A stretch of 64,000 nt of DNA from Haliotis rufescens (Eukaryota): positions 45,880,001 through 45,944,000 of the forward strand of contig NW_025964334.1 of the NCBI RefSeq assembly GCF_023055435.1, in the 5' to 3' direction. Both the position numbers and the translations under genes were made by a program. Shown piece by piece: positions 28,859 to 41,989 of the stretch; position 1 is the first letter of the stretch, and each line of letters starts with the position of its first letter. Under the pieces are notes generated by a model. That model worked only from the letters and a program-made list of their open reading frames with translations, ran no database searches and was not told the origin of the DNA.

Positions 28859-29875
28859 ACATGAAAGATTACTTGTAAAGTATACACCCCAATATATTGT
28901 GGGGTCTGCAGTGGTCATTTGATAGTGACCAAGATTACATTCAATGTTTACACCTGACACTTTTGGGGGGCGAAAACAATAACTATACACTGAACATAAT
29001 CAATGAGGGATTTACACAGTATATATAGATACTACACACAGTTTTGGTTAATTGTTTCAAATATTTTCCACAAAGAATGTTTAGTCAAGGTCTAAGTGAA
29101 GGGATGTATCTTTTATTTAAGTAACGAAGGTTGTGTTTTGAGTCAGAGAACTTACTCTTAACGTAAACTGTGGGCGCGTGAGTAGGATTCAGCTCTACCA
29201 AGCAATAGGTGAATGTTTGTCTCAACATGTTTACATGGTCACACAAAGGTACTTTCACACTTAGAGAAAATCATTTACATAAAGTAATGTACATGATATG
29301 TTATCCGCTTCTAAATAGGAACTATCAAAAAGTGTGTATACCCACTCGTCTGTCATTCAGACCCTGAAACAAATATATTCAAAACAGCCCAAGCAAGGCT
29401 TGATTAAAAAGCAAGTCAAGATTATTGCAGTATCTGAAAATGAAGAGAGCCTCTGAGCTCCTTTTTGTTTTATTTTATTAAGATAATTTAACCAATGTTT
29501 TCTTTCTGTGAGGTATGTTCATTTCAGAGTCTAGATGTTAGTCCAGTGACCGACGAGTTGCCAGATATACAATGCTCCAAACATTGCAGTCACCCTAACC
29601 TAGAACCAGTGTTGCCACTGTTTTATGTCAATCCTTGGGAGACATGTTATGTGAATATCAAGCAGCGCCAGGTAGCCCCGTATAATTTGATACAGCAAGG
29701 AACGTTGCCATGGTTACACACGCGCAGGACATATCCCCCCAAACTGTGGTGTACAAGAGAGTTGACGGGGCATTGTTTTTCCGTAGGACATTCACTTCGC
29801 CATTTCGGACAAATCCATTGAATGATTTGAAACTTTCAGTGGGTAATATATAAGGTGTAAGTATCTCCCACGGTT

Positions 29876-29918
29876 TGTGGTGTGTGTGTGTGTGTGTGTG
29901 GTGTGTGTGTGTGTGTGT
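29876..29918. repeat. (TG)n microsatellite
   Basis: Direct reading. Confidence 0.9.
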
Positions 29919-30943
29919 ACCTCTTTCCACCCCCACCCCCCTCACTTTTCTATGTCTACCCTTGTTAATCCCTCCGTGTTTTTGTTTATTTCAGGACAAG
30001 GGTACAGTTTACTTTGTTGTTTGTGTGTTCTGTTTGGGCTACAGCCAGCAATGTTAATTTGCAGTTGCTATGTAAGTCAAGTAAGTCATGATATACGCAG
30101 TATAACGCTCCAGCGTCAGTGTGCGACGGCTGGTACTGGTTTATTGTTTTACACCGTAGTCATAAATATTTCATTTATGTCACAGCGGCCTGTATGTAAT
30201 CCTTGTCTGGGTCAGATGAACCAGTGATGGGTATTACGAGGGACGTCCAACGCCATGAGGGGGCGATGTCACACAATCAACTTTGTCTGACCACCGACGC
30301 GGACCACCCGACCTATTTCAGTCTTACCCCCTCATAGGTCACTGGGTATCAGTTCTACCCGGAAACCCCACGGGGATGCATGTTTAGAAACTACATGTTT
30401 CCTTTGCAGCAAAAACCAAGCATGATGGAACAGGAAGCGAAATGAGATCACCCGATATCTTCGTAATTTGTAAGTTTCTCATGTGCTGAAACCTGGTGTT
30501 TTTCTTGCAAAAAGCTCTACTTGCTCGTTAACATGCATGTTGGATCGTGTTTCCAAAGAAACGATAAACATAAACCGGTTTCTATAATCAAGCCATAGAG
30601 ATTACAGATAAATGAAAAAGATATCAGTTGCTTTCGCCTCAATCCAGTACGACAAAAAGTGCGCTGAACGGGCATATGTGCGCTGAGTGAGTGAATGTTG
30701 TTTTGCTCCATAGTCACGCCCTGTAGTTATCTTGCCAAGTCCAACACAAGAGCATTACAATACAACAGCTACATGGCACTAATATCGCATCACTACAACA
30801 GCTGTGTCATTGCATGTCATAGTCGCATCACAGCATTATCACGCCTTATTACAGCTTGACCACAGCAATAATAGCGTTATGTCGCAGCGGGCGGCAGCAA
30901 TAACAGCTACGTCACAGCAATATTGAATGTACAATGTGATAAG

Positions 30944-31461
30944 GCTTGCCACTGCTTGCAACTGCTTGTCACTGCTTGCCACTGCTTGTCACTGCTTGTC
31001 ACATGCTGCAACTGCTTGTCACTGCTTGTCACTGCTTGCCACTGCTTGTCACTGCTTGTGACTGCTTGTCACTGCTTGCCACTGCTTGTCACAGCTTGCC
31101 ACTGCTTGTCACTGCTTGTCACTGCTTGTCACTGCTTGCCACTGCTTGTCACTGCTTGTCACTGCTTGCCACTGCTTGTCACTGCTGTCACTGCTTGTCA
31201 CAGCTTGCCACTGCTTGTGACTGCTTGTCACTGCTTGCCACTGCTTGTCACAGCTTGCCACTGCTTGTCACTGCTTGTCACTGCTTGTCACTGCTTGCCA
31301 CTGCTGTCACTGCTTGTCACAGCTTGCCACTGCTTGTCACTGCTTGCCACTGCTGTCACTGCTTGTCACAGCTTGCCACTGCTTGTCACTGCTTGTCACT
31401 GCTTGTCACTGCTTGCCACTGCTTGTCACTGCTTGTCACTGCTTGTCACATGCTGCAACTG
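30944..31461. repeat. 10-bp repeat (ACTGCTTGTC/ACTGCTTGCC) x~50
   Basis: Direct reading; bracketed by ACATGCTGCAACT at ~31001 and ~31448. Confidence 0.96.
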
Positions 31462-31884
31462 AAGCTAGTGAATCCAGCAAAGTGTGGAACTGGGACGTCG
31501 ACCAAAAACAAGAGTCTCCGGCGTCGAGTTTGAGATTACGATCGGTAGGAAGGGTTTCTTTGCTTAGATGTATCATGCATTACATTGCACCTACTTCTGC
31601 GCCAGTTGCATCTCCTCGGTATTTGTACTTCAGCTTGTCTCCATGCAGTGCCAATACACGGTATTGTCAACATAAAAGAAGGTTATTTAAGCCAAGGTGA
31701 TGATTTGTGGACATTATATAATGCAACTGAACATTTACACAATTGACAGAATTGTTGATTAAGTAATAGTTAATGATTGAACCCGAGAGCACAAAGAAAA
31801 TGGAAAAAACAAAACGTGCAAACTTGGGCATCTTGAGTTTTGCCTTTGATTACACTCTCATCCCTCAATGTAGCATGCTTGGTG

Positions 31885-32055
31885 AAGTTAGAATAGGTAT
31901 TCAGCAACCCATGCCGTAAAAGGAATCGGGTGGTGAGCCTCACTGACGATGTTCGTGATGTCAATCACTGGATTGTCTGGTCCAGACTCGATTGTTTTCA
32001 GACCGCCGTCTTATAGCTAAAATATTGCAGAGTGCAGTGTTAAACAACAAACAAA
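31885..32055 (+). mobile_element. SINE family A copy, internally deleted
   Basis: AGAATAGGTATTCAGCAACCCATG...CTGGTCCAGACTCG...GTGTTAAACAACAAAC. Confidence 0.7.
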
Positions 32056-32667
32056 GGAAGACAGTCAATCACCATTTTGGAACACTGGGCGAGTTGTGGT
32101 GACAGTGAGGTGTTAACTCAAGACAAGGATCTCCCCTCACCTGCCCTGGTCACTTCAGTGTTTCCTAATTCACGAACTGCACATACTTACGGGTAGCCAG
32201 GATCTGGTGGCCCGTAATTGAGTTTGGTCAATACCATCCAATGCTTCTAGGTTTTAATGCATGCATCCTTTCAGGCTGCCCTGTCATATCAAGCGGACAT
32301 GCTATGCTTGAACTGACAATAAACCCTAACTCACTCACTCTCCACCGACCTGTCAGTCAACAGTTTTCCTCTGTCTTTGGCATGACCAACTGTTGCTGCA
32401 TGAACACCTAGTCTATCCTTTCTCGCATAAACAATCTATCTGAAACTCTACTTACAAGTCAGTGCTGAATATGAGTACTAGTATGTGTTGATGCAAGTTG
32501 AAACCTTGTGGGAATGGTCTTATCAAATGGCTTGACTGCTGTCCTTTGTGTTGCAGGAGTAGGCCCTGGAAGATGCAATCAACCCTCCGACACCCAGCCA
32601 GGTCCAGCTTCCTGCCACTATAGCAGTGCTCCTGAGAAGTCTTCACAATCTCATGTCACATCAGCCT

Positions 32668-34072
32668 TATTGGGTATTCATCTTTTTTCTTAGGTACTCA
32701 ATATATGTCTACTCCCCTTGGCCTAGTCTATTGGGTATTCAATATGTCTACACCCCTTGGCCTAGTCTATTGGGTATTCAATATATGTCTACTCCCCTTG
32801 GCCTAGTCTATTGGGTATTCAATATATGTCTACTCCCCTTGGCCTAGTCTATTGGGTATTCAATATATGTCTAGTCCCCTTGGCCTAGTCTATTGGGTAT
32901 TCAATATATGTCTAGTCCCCTTGGCCTAGTCTATTGGGTATTCAATATGTCTACTCCCCTTGGCCTAGTCTATTGGGTATTCAATATATGTCTACTCCCC
33001 TTGGCCTAGTCTATTGGGTATTCAATATATGTCTTCTCCCCTTGGCCTAGTCTATTGGGTATTCAATATGTCTACTCCCCTTGGCCTAGTCTATTGGGTA
33101 TTCAATATGTCTACTCCCCTTGGCCTAGTCTATTGGGTATTCAATATATGTCTTCTCCCCTTGGCCTAGTCTATTGGGTATTCAATATGTCTACTCCCCT
33201 TGGCCTAGTCTATTGGGTATTCAATATAATTCTACGCCCCTTGGCCAAGTCTGGCGGTATTCAATATATTTCTACTCCACTTGGCCTAGTCTATTCGGTA
33301 TTCAATATATTTCTACTCCCCCTGGCTCCAGTCTATTGGGTATTCAATATATGTCTACTCCCCTTGGCCTAGTCTATTGGGTATTCAATATGTCTACTCC
33401 ACTTGGCCTAGTCTATACGGTATTCAATATATTTCTACTCCCCCTGGCTCCAGTCTATTGGGTATTCAATATATTTCTACTCCCCTTGGCCAAGTTTGTT
33501 GGGCATTCAATATATTTCTACTCCCCCTGGCTCCAATCAGTTGGGTATTCAAGACATTTCTACAACTCTGGCTCCAGTTTATTGGGTATTCAAGACATTT
33601 CTACAACTCTGGCTCCAGTTTATTGGGTATTCAAGACATTTCTACAACTCTGGCTCCGGTCTATTGGGTATTCAATATATTTCTACAACCCTGGCTCCAG
33701 TCTATTGGGTATTCAATATATTTCTACAACCCTGGCTCCAGTCTATTGGGTATTCAATATATTTCTACCCTCCACCACCTCGAGTCTAGCTTATTGGGTT
33801 TTCAATATATTTCTACAACCCTTGCTCCAGTCTATTGGGTATTCAGCATATTTCTACATCACTGGCCCCAGTCTATTCGGTATTCAATAATTTTTCTAAT
33901 CCCTGGCTCCAGTCTATTGGGTATTCCATATATTTCTACAACCCTGGCTCCAGTCTATTGGGTATTCAGCATATTTCTACATCACTGGCCCCAGTCTATT
34001 CGGTATTCAATAATTTTTTCTAATCCCTGGCTCCAGTCTATTGGGTATTCAATATATTTCTACAACCTTGGC
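32668..34072. repeat. 39-42-bp minisatellite with left-to-right variant gradient
   Basis: CTATTGGGTATTCAATAT anchor; units shift from CCCCTTGGCCTAGT to ACAACCCTGGCTCCAGT types. Confidence 0.96.
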
Positions 34073-34323
34073 ACCAGCCTATTTAAGGTATTTTTAAACC
34101 AATGGCATACATAAAAATGCATTTGCTTATAATGCTGTTCCAGATGTCTTGTAACTTAACAGTGATAAATCTAAGTAACAACAAGCTGTCTGTGCACAGT
34201 CACTGCAGCAGTGTTCAAGGAAAAGCGTTGCCTTCATGTAATTAATGGGTAATGGTGATTTTGTCACACAGATACATAGTTGATTAGTTTTTCTCATGCA
34301 AGCAGTGTCATTATTGTCAGTAG

Positions 34324-34893
34324 AACTGTGAAGATCCAGGGTAGAATAGCAACCAATGCTTGCCGTAAATGGTGACTATGCTTGTCGTAGGGGGCACGGG
34401 TGGCCCAGTCGTCTAAGGCACCGCGATTAGCTGTGCAGAGTTGCGTCCCTTGGGCACGCCAGAAACCTATGATTGTGGGTTCGAATCCCGGTTCGCCCTG
34501 ATTATGTTTCTAGGTTTGTCAGCACCATACCCGTGCTCGTGGGTTTCACCGAAGTGGTAAACGTCTGAGACCTGCTTCACTTCGGGCTTTCCTCCCACAT
34601 TAAGCTGACACGCCGTGATATAACTGGAATACTGTTATAAGCGGCGTAAAACCCAACTCACTCACTCACTCACTCACTCACTCACACACTCACTATGCTT
34701 GTCGTAACGGGATCGGGTGGTCAGGCTCGCTGACATGTTTGATGCATGTCATTGTATCCCAATTGCGTGGATCGATGTTCATGATGTCAATGACTGGATC
34801 GTCTGGTACAGACTCGATTATTTACAGACCACTGTTATATAGCTGATAAATAGCTGAGTGCAGCATTAAACAACAACAAACAAAACAAACAAA
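34324..34893 (+). mobile_element. SINE family A copy (interrupted by nested SINE)
   Basis: TSD CATTATTGTCAGTAG at 34309-23 / 34894-908; (CAAA)n tail; homologous to other family A copies. Confidence 0.85.
34390..34691 (+). mobile_element. tRNA(Leu-like)-derived SINE with V-like core and (ACTC)n tail, nested in another SINE
   Basis: A box TGGCCCAGTCGTCTAAGG, B box GGTTCGAATCC, GTGGGTTTC...TTTCCTCCCAC core; 15-bp TSD ACTATGCTTGTCGTA at 34375-89 / 34692-706. Confidence 0.85.
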
Positions 34894-35043
34894 CATTATT
34901 GTCAGTAGCTTCTTTTAATTGGTATTAAATATATTTAAGTATTGAAACTTTAAGCGAACATATATGGAGTAGTAGCAAAAAAACATGTTTACTACTTTTT
35001 TCAAAAAATTGTTTCATGTTGTCAAAATGATACGCAGTAGATA

Positions 35044-35318
35044 TTGTTTGTTTGTTCGTTTGTTGGTTGCTGAAGGTTGCACTGAACAATATTCCAGCTA
35101 TATGTCGGCAGTCTGTAAATAATCAAGTCTGGACCAGACAATCCAATGATTAATATCATGAGCATCGATGCACGCAATTGGGATCGATGACATGCATCAA
35201 CCAAGTCAGCGAACCTGACCACTTGATCCTGTTAGTCGCCTCTTATGACAAACATAGTCGCCTTTTACGGCAAGCATGGGTTTCTGAAGACCTATTCTAC
35301 CCCGGATCTTCATGGGTC
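35044..35318 (-). mobile_element. SINE family A copy
   Basis: Reverse complement of the family consensus, full length. Confidence 0.85.
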
Positions 35319-36420
35319 TGCAGATTGTAAGACATTGCATATCATTTATATCCTTTTTGACAACTTCAACAAACAACAAGTCAACAACAAAGATGTTTGT
35401 TTGAATTGTATTACATTCAAGTCCTCTGTACAGAGAAACAGTTATCACACAACATGTTTTAATGCTTCAAGGGTATTTAAAAAACGGATATAAATCAAAT
35501 ATTGTCACATACTGACAGATAAATAGCAAGGCCATACTTTCAATGAGACAAGACATTGTTGGCATCAGACACTGACATCTACTTCAGGGGCCCCAACAGC
35601 AAGTGACGTCTACTTCAGGGGCCCAAGCAGCAAGTGACTTGGCTTTAATGCTGATTCAATGGGGATTTCAGTCACATGACAGTGTGCCAGTAATGTATGA
35701 GGAAAGTGAAGATGGTTGAAGAGGTTGACCATGAAACCCATGAATAGATCATAAGGGGAATCAGGGATTTGAACCCACAACCAACCACCAGTATATGTGG
35801 TGCCATACACACATGATGGGACGACACACCAATTGCAATATTTTACTTCCTGATACACGTATCGATTACAGTCACACAAAAAGTAAAAAAATAGATTTAT
35901 ATCTTAAATATTTGCTTTAATAACTGTTACATCAAACACTAATTAGTAGTGAAAATTAGTGGTGAAAACATAAATTAGTCCATTGCGTCATACATGACAA
36001 TGCCAACAGTAAATTGTCAGAGTGACAGGTATTTGACTTACGCATGGCTTATGCACCACAAGTAAAAAACATACAAGTATCGTGATCCGTATCGGATCGC
36101 ACAGTTGGTGTATCGTCCCAGCCAAACCATCCACCTACAGCACTATCAGAACCACCCTAGCATCCTTCATCTCTGATCCTGAAACATGTAACACAACAAA
36201 TAAACAACAATTCACAGCACTAGTCATACTGCCATCACCCAGATACAGGAGAGACACAAGGGATTTCGGATGTATCCTACACAGTTACAGTGCTAATATC
36301 TGCATATCACTGTGTATATAGAGGATCCACAGGGCCTTCTCCATGACACACACATCAAGAGGCTACACAGCATGTAGGGGGGGTAACTCTTCATGCCTTC
36401 ACATCAGGCCCATGTTGAGG

Positions 36421-36516
36421 TCAGGATGAAAGAAATTTGTCTGAATTCTGGAGAAAATGGTTGCAAGCTCTGTGGCACTGCTCGTACACCTTCTCAAAGT
36501 CCTTGATGTTGTTACC
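36421..36516 (-). CDS. ACP1: ACP1 exon 6 (GNNIKDFEKVYEQCHRACNHFLQNSDKFLSS*)
   Basis: gtgttacag|GGT...TCC TGA, 96 nt; DFExVYxQC C-terminal helix. The six exons total 495 nt (164 aa + stop) with consistent phases. Confidence 0.95.
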   Translation of the reverse strand, partial: GNNIKDFEKVYEQCHRACNHFLQNSDKFLSS

Positions 36517-36607
36517 CTGTAACACAATGTGAAAGTTTGGTTCAACAAAGCTTCAGTATTTCAGTAATATTGCCTTAAACTGATAATGCAGCTCTTAGAA
36601 AAGTTTG

Positions 36608-36845
36608 ACCCGTGAAGATCAGGGGTAGAATAGGTCTTCAGCAACCAATGCTTGCCGTAAAAGGTGACTATGCTTGTCGTAAGAGGCGACTAACAGGATC
36701 GGTTGGTCAGGCTCACTGACTTGGTTGATGCATGCCATGGTATCTCAATTGCGTGGATCGATGCTCATGATGTCAATGACTGGATTATTTACAGGCACCG
36801 TCATATAGCTTGAATATTGCTGAGTGCGGCGTTAAACAACCAACT
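36608..36845 (+). mobile_element. SINE family A copy in ACP1 intron 5
   Basis: Begins GACCCGTGAAGATC; near-TSD CTTAGAAAAGTTT / CTTACAAAAGTTT. Confidence 0.85.
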
Positions 36846-37726
36846 TACAAAAGTTTACCGATAGAGGAGGCAACTCCACGCAGTGATTTTTAGCGCTTAA
36901 ACAACTTGGCCATCCATGCCTGCCCCGCCCTGCCCCCTGCCCCAACAGAAATGACACTACCATGCTAACACATTATGTATATTTTAGCAACAGAATACAG
37001 TACACTGATAATATTTACATCGAATCTGAGAAAACAACAATTCTAAATAATCAAAATACACGTCAAAGACGGACATGTCTAATACAATGCAAGCAGTGGA
37101 CTACATTGAACTACATGTATTTTGAATTTCTGTACTTTTTCTGTCAAGATATATTTAAAAATATAAGATAGCTACGCAATAAGTCACAAAGAACAATAAA
37201 GAACGAAATGTGGTTTATTTCACAAAAACATTGTTCTATCATGACGTCATATCTGGAGATTCGAACATGCGCTTGCAACTTGATGACATCGTATATTAGA
37301 CGTTATTTTTAGGAGGGGTGCGTCTAATGAGTTGTTCCCCATATATGTAGCTGGACAATACAGATAAACGCAATGGCAGAAACCACTCGCAGTCGTTTAT
37401 TTCTTAAATAATATGCATTTTCAGGTAAGGATGTTTACTGAAACAGCATGCTAGTCGCAATCAACAACACATGAAAATTTCTGATGGCCCACTGCAATGA
37501 CATACTGCATGGCGCATGGCGCCACCTACACTGAGAACCAGAGAAGTGAGTGGTAGTGATTATATAATGGATGTAGTCCGCATCTCTAGCATTCATTGTG
37601 CACACTTTCTATAACCTGTGTCTGCATATCTTGAGAACATCTGTGTCTTGAAGTGTAGGGTTTCATGGCAAGTCACGTTTGTGATATGACTGGAACTAAA
37701 TCACAAATACAGGTACCGCTAAGAAA

Positions 37727-38839
37727 TGTGTGACTCACATAGCACAGGTCTTCCATGGTCCTGAGCTTGGTGTGTGCTTCACCTGTGGATGTGTGATGGA
37801 TGTGTGACTCACGGAATACAGGTCTTGTATGGTCCTGGGTTTGGTGTGTGTTTCACCTGTGTGGGTGTGATGGATGTGTGATGGATGTGTGACTCACAAA
37901 GTACAGGTCTTCTGTGGTCCTGAGTTTGGTGTGTGTTTCACCTGTGTGGGTGTGATGGATGTGTGACTCACATAGTACAGGTCTTCTGTGGTCCTGAGTT
38001 TGGTGATTGTTTCACCTGTGGATGTGTGATGGATGTGTGACTCACATAGTACAGGTCTTCTGTGGTCCCGTGTTTGGTGTGTGTTTCACCTGTGGATGTG
38101 TGATGGATGTGTGACTCACATAGTACAGGTCTCCTGTGGTCCCGAGTTTGGTGTGTGTTTCACCTGTGGATGTGTGATGGATGTGTGATGGATGTGTGAC
38201 TCACATAGTACAGGTCTTCTGTGGTCCTGAGTTTGGTGTGTGTTTCACCTGTGGATGTGTGATGGATGTGTGATGGATGTGTGACTCACAGAGTACAGGT
38301 CTTCTGTGGTCCTGAGTTAAGTGTTTTTCACCTGTGGATGTGTGATGGATGTGTGACTCACGTAGTACAGGTCTCCTATGGTCCTGAGTTAAGTGTGTGT
38401 TTCACCTGTGTGGGTGTGTGATGGATGTGTGACTCACGTAGTACAGGTCTCCTTTGGTCCTGAGTTAAGTGTGTGTTTCACCTGTGTGGGTGTGTGATGG
38501 ATGTGTGATGGATGTGTGACTCACGTAGTACTGGTCTCCTTTGGTCCTGAGTTAAGTGTGTGTTTCACCAGTGTGGGTGTGATGGATGTGTGACTCATGT
38601 AGTATGGGTCTTCTATGGTCCTGAGTTAAGTGTGTGTTTCACCAATGTGGGTGTGATGGATGTGTGACTCACGTAGTATGGGTCTTCTATTGTCCTGAGT
38701 TAAGTGTGTGTTTCACCAGTGTGGGTGTGATGGATGTGTGACTCACGTAGTATGGGTCTTCTATTGTCCTGAGTTTGGTGTGTGTTTCACCAATGTGGGT
38801 GTGATGGATGTGTGACTCACGTAGTATGGGTCTTCTATT
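37727..38839. repeat. 74-85-bp minisatellite containing the ACP1 exon-5 3' end and splice donor, 14 extra copies
   Basis: TGTGTGACTCACGTAGTATGGGTCTTCTATT is identical between the true exon junction and the adjacent units. Confidence 0.96.
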
Positions 38840-38920
38840 ATCAGCTCCCCTTCTGGATCACACTCTCCCAGCATCAGCAACTTAGACCGACAGGACTTTG
38901 GCTTAATTTCATCCAGTTCA
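38821..38920 (-). CDS. ACP1: ACP1 exon 5 (ELDEIKPKSCRSKLLMLGECDPEGELIIEDPYY)
   Basis: gcttacag|T GAA...TAC TAC|gtgagt, 100 nt; contains the general-acid DPYY loop (partly visible in track ORF 38761..39084). Confidence 0.96.
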
Positions 38921-41900
38921 CTGTAAGCATTGATATCAAACTGTCTTGTCATGTATGCTTTACTGAGAGGTTGAACATTGGCTAAGTTCCATCTCCCTGG
39001 CCAGATAAAGGAAAGGGGAAATGCCTGAGCAATGTCATAACAATAATCAACAATAATCACACGATGTGTCATCGAATACATCATTTACATATAACACCTT
39101 CTTGCGTTACAGATAGGAGTCAGGGGTTAAACCTGGGATCAAGTGGAACTCTAAGACCATGTATTGTCAAAGTAATATCTTATCAGCCATTGTCGAGTTA
39201 ACCTTCTTGGTGCCCCGGGACCATATACCGGTACGTCTCTGGGAAATTAAATATTCCCCTTATTTATATACCTTTCCTGACACAATATTCCTTACTATGT
39301 CTGTAGTAAAACAGTGAAGAACAATGTAGAACATTCACCCGACACATGGTACCCAGCATGCTCTTGTGTTGGCGTCATCTTTTCCAAAGAGCTCCTGTCG
39401 TCATTGACAGGCTGACCCAATCTTTGAGGGGATGGACAGGCAGGCATAAATAACTATGGAAAACACTTACGTTCCTTATGTTTTTAACTTACCCCTCCAC
39501 AACAGTATGCAACAAGGCAAAAAGTGAACAGGGCTCACTCATACCCTGATTTTGACTCCAACATATTTCTAAGTTCAAAACATGAAAAAAGCAATATTTT
39601 CTCAGAAAATCTACTTATTGCAATCAAACTTTGCACTGCACCTTCCCTATTGGTATAGAAACTGTACCCCCATTGGAAAAGAATTCAGACTGAAGGAATT
39701 CCTTGGTATAACTACATACCCCCACCCTTTTAGGTTATAGAGGGACGACTGGTAGGAGACATCCTCCTAGTGGACTGTTTGCCCAGCCAGGCCACACACA
39801 TCTGCAATGCCTGGACTTCGGCTTGGGTGGTCGAGAGCCATTTCTCCTCGAGTTCCTAGACTCGGCTGATAAACAACTTCTCCGCAGACCATGGTTGACA
39901 GATAAGTTTGAAGGGAAGGGACAGACAGATCAGTGCACTGATGGTCGATAGTGTAGAGAACCTGGCAATCTAGACACGGACTTAGGGGTCAAAGGATTTC
40001 TTGCCCTTGCAATTCAAGCATGGCTTAGGTAAAATGATAATGATGTCCATTCTTCAGAATCTAAATAATATCATAAAAATAAGTATAGATGAAAACAAAG
40101 AGCACAGGTAACAAATGCAGCCTACCCTGCATGACAGCAGGAAAGGTGTTTACCACTGGAGCATCATAGATAAACATCGCAAGATTTTTGTGCAGAATTT
40201 GGAATGGCTGAAAAATCCCATGTGCAGGCTGGAAAATCCCATGTGCAGCATAATATTTACACAAATGGACAATGACCAAAATTGCAAAGACGATGTACAT
40301 GATGTACATTAAACAATGAAGCAAATACTGAGTTTGCCAAGCATGAAATCCAGGCGTATTACATGACATGAAATGAACACATAAAACACCACACCACAAT
40401 GAAAACGGTTTCCAGCCGTTATCACAGCCAGATTTCCAAACTTTATTGTTTCTCATATAGAGAAACAACTAAGTAAAAACCAAAGACAACACAGGTCTAT
40501 TTTCCAGTCATACGTCTAAGAGTACAGTGTACACACATCCTGTCAGTTGGGCGATGAAGGAAAAGATGATACTAACACAAGAGCATGCTGGGTAGTGGGT
40601 ACGATGTGGTCAGTTGCTGTGTTCGGGTGAATGTTCTTCATTGCTCGTCACGGTTTTACTGTCAAAGTAGCAAGGAATATTGCATACTGTTGTGGAGGCA
40701 TAAATTTTATTCCACATTTGTAAAAGTTGATCAACCATGTCAACCAAACAATTTCATCAGCAATTGTCAAACACAAGTTCAAACAGAACCATGTATTTCA
40801 GTCTGCCCACAGTCAGTTAGGTGATAAACACACTGTGTTTTCATTGTAGAGCTAGGTTACCTGTAGATTCCACCTCTCATATCACTTGCATTTGTTTCAA
40901 ACAAAATGGCGGTGCCCAGTCAAGATGATCTGATCGACAAACAAGATCTATATTGTGATAAAACGGGTCTTACGAGGTGCAAAAAATCATGTGAGCACCT
41001 TGATTAAAAACTTGAAAAGATTTGGAAAATATCTGTTGACAACGAGTTGGCGGTGCACATGCTCTGCAAATCCTACAATCGACCGAACTCTGCATGACAG
41101 TTTACGAACTGGATTTTGATTTCGGTGAGCGATTTTGATTGGACTATGCATAGACTCGTTAGTCCAGCCAAAATCTAACTCCATAATACCAGCCTAGTTC
41201 GGCAAGGGTGGAAACTGGACTTTTACAGTCATTTAATTTTCTCGCCTTGGGCAGATGGGGTTTCATTGGGTTGTCAGTCAGAATTAGCAGAATCACCAAC
41301 AACAGCCTTTAAACAAAATGTGGTGTTCTATATGCTCAAGCAGTTTGTTTACACCATAACCCTTCACACGAACTTATGCCAGGCACTGAAAGCATATAAG
41401 CACGGCAAGTTTGTAAGCTAACCATGCTAACATGAGGTGGGCACCCCTAAAGAAAATTAAGCAGGCTAAGGAAAGATTTCATTCTACATCGCAAGTCACT
41501 ATTATGACGTCAAATCGCTCATTGTGACGTAAAAGATATGATGTCGCAGTCAGACAAAGAAAAGTGCCAAATAGCAAGCTCTCTCTTGTCAAGCTTGAAA
41601 TACCTTCTCTTTACAGATTTCTAAAATGGTTTTTTAAAATATCCTAGTAACCACAACTTAGCATTTTGCAGCATATAATTGTTTCACATAATTATCTAAA
41701 TCTAACTACTGACAATGACAGTATAAGTACTATTCTAAAAATATTAGCCTCCACAGTGATGTGGCCATCATATCTGCTGTTTCAATCAGAAGGGGTGTAT
41801 TGTGATTTGATACCTCTTATTGACCAATCAAAATCAAGTATTTACCAAAATCATGGTATTGGTAGTATGAACAATAGCAGGAATCCTATCATTCACTTCT

Positions 41901-41989
41901 TAATACATGATGGTTATAAAGTGTGAGAAGTTATCTCCCTTGCCATGCATGTTGCCCAGGCTCCTCACAGCAATAGCCCGTTCGCGGAG

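Noticed and set aside
30923-31700. Cys/His-rich ORFs (ACHCLSLLVT)n
   Set aside because: Translation of a 10-bp repeat; the same peptide appears in all three frames.
34390-34500. tRNA gene
   Set aside because: A/B boxes are present but I see no full cloverleaf; it continues into a SINE body with tail and TSD.
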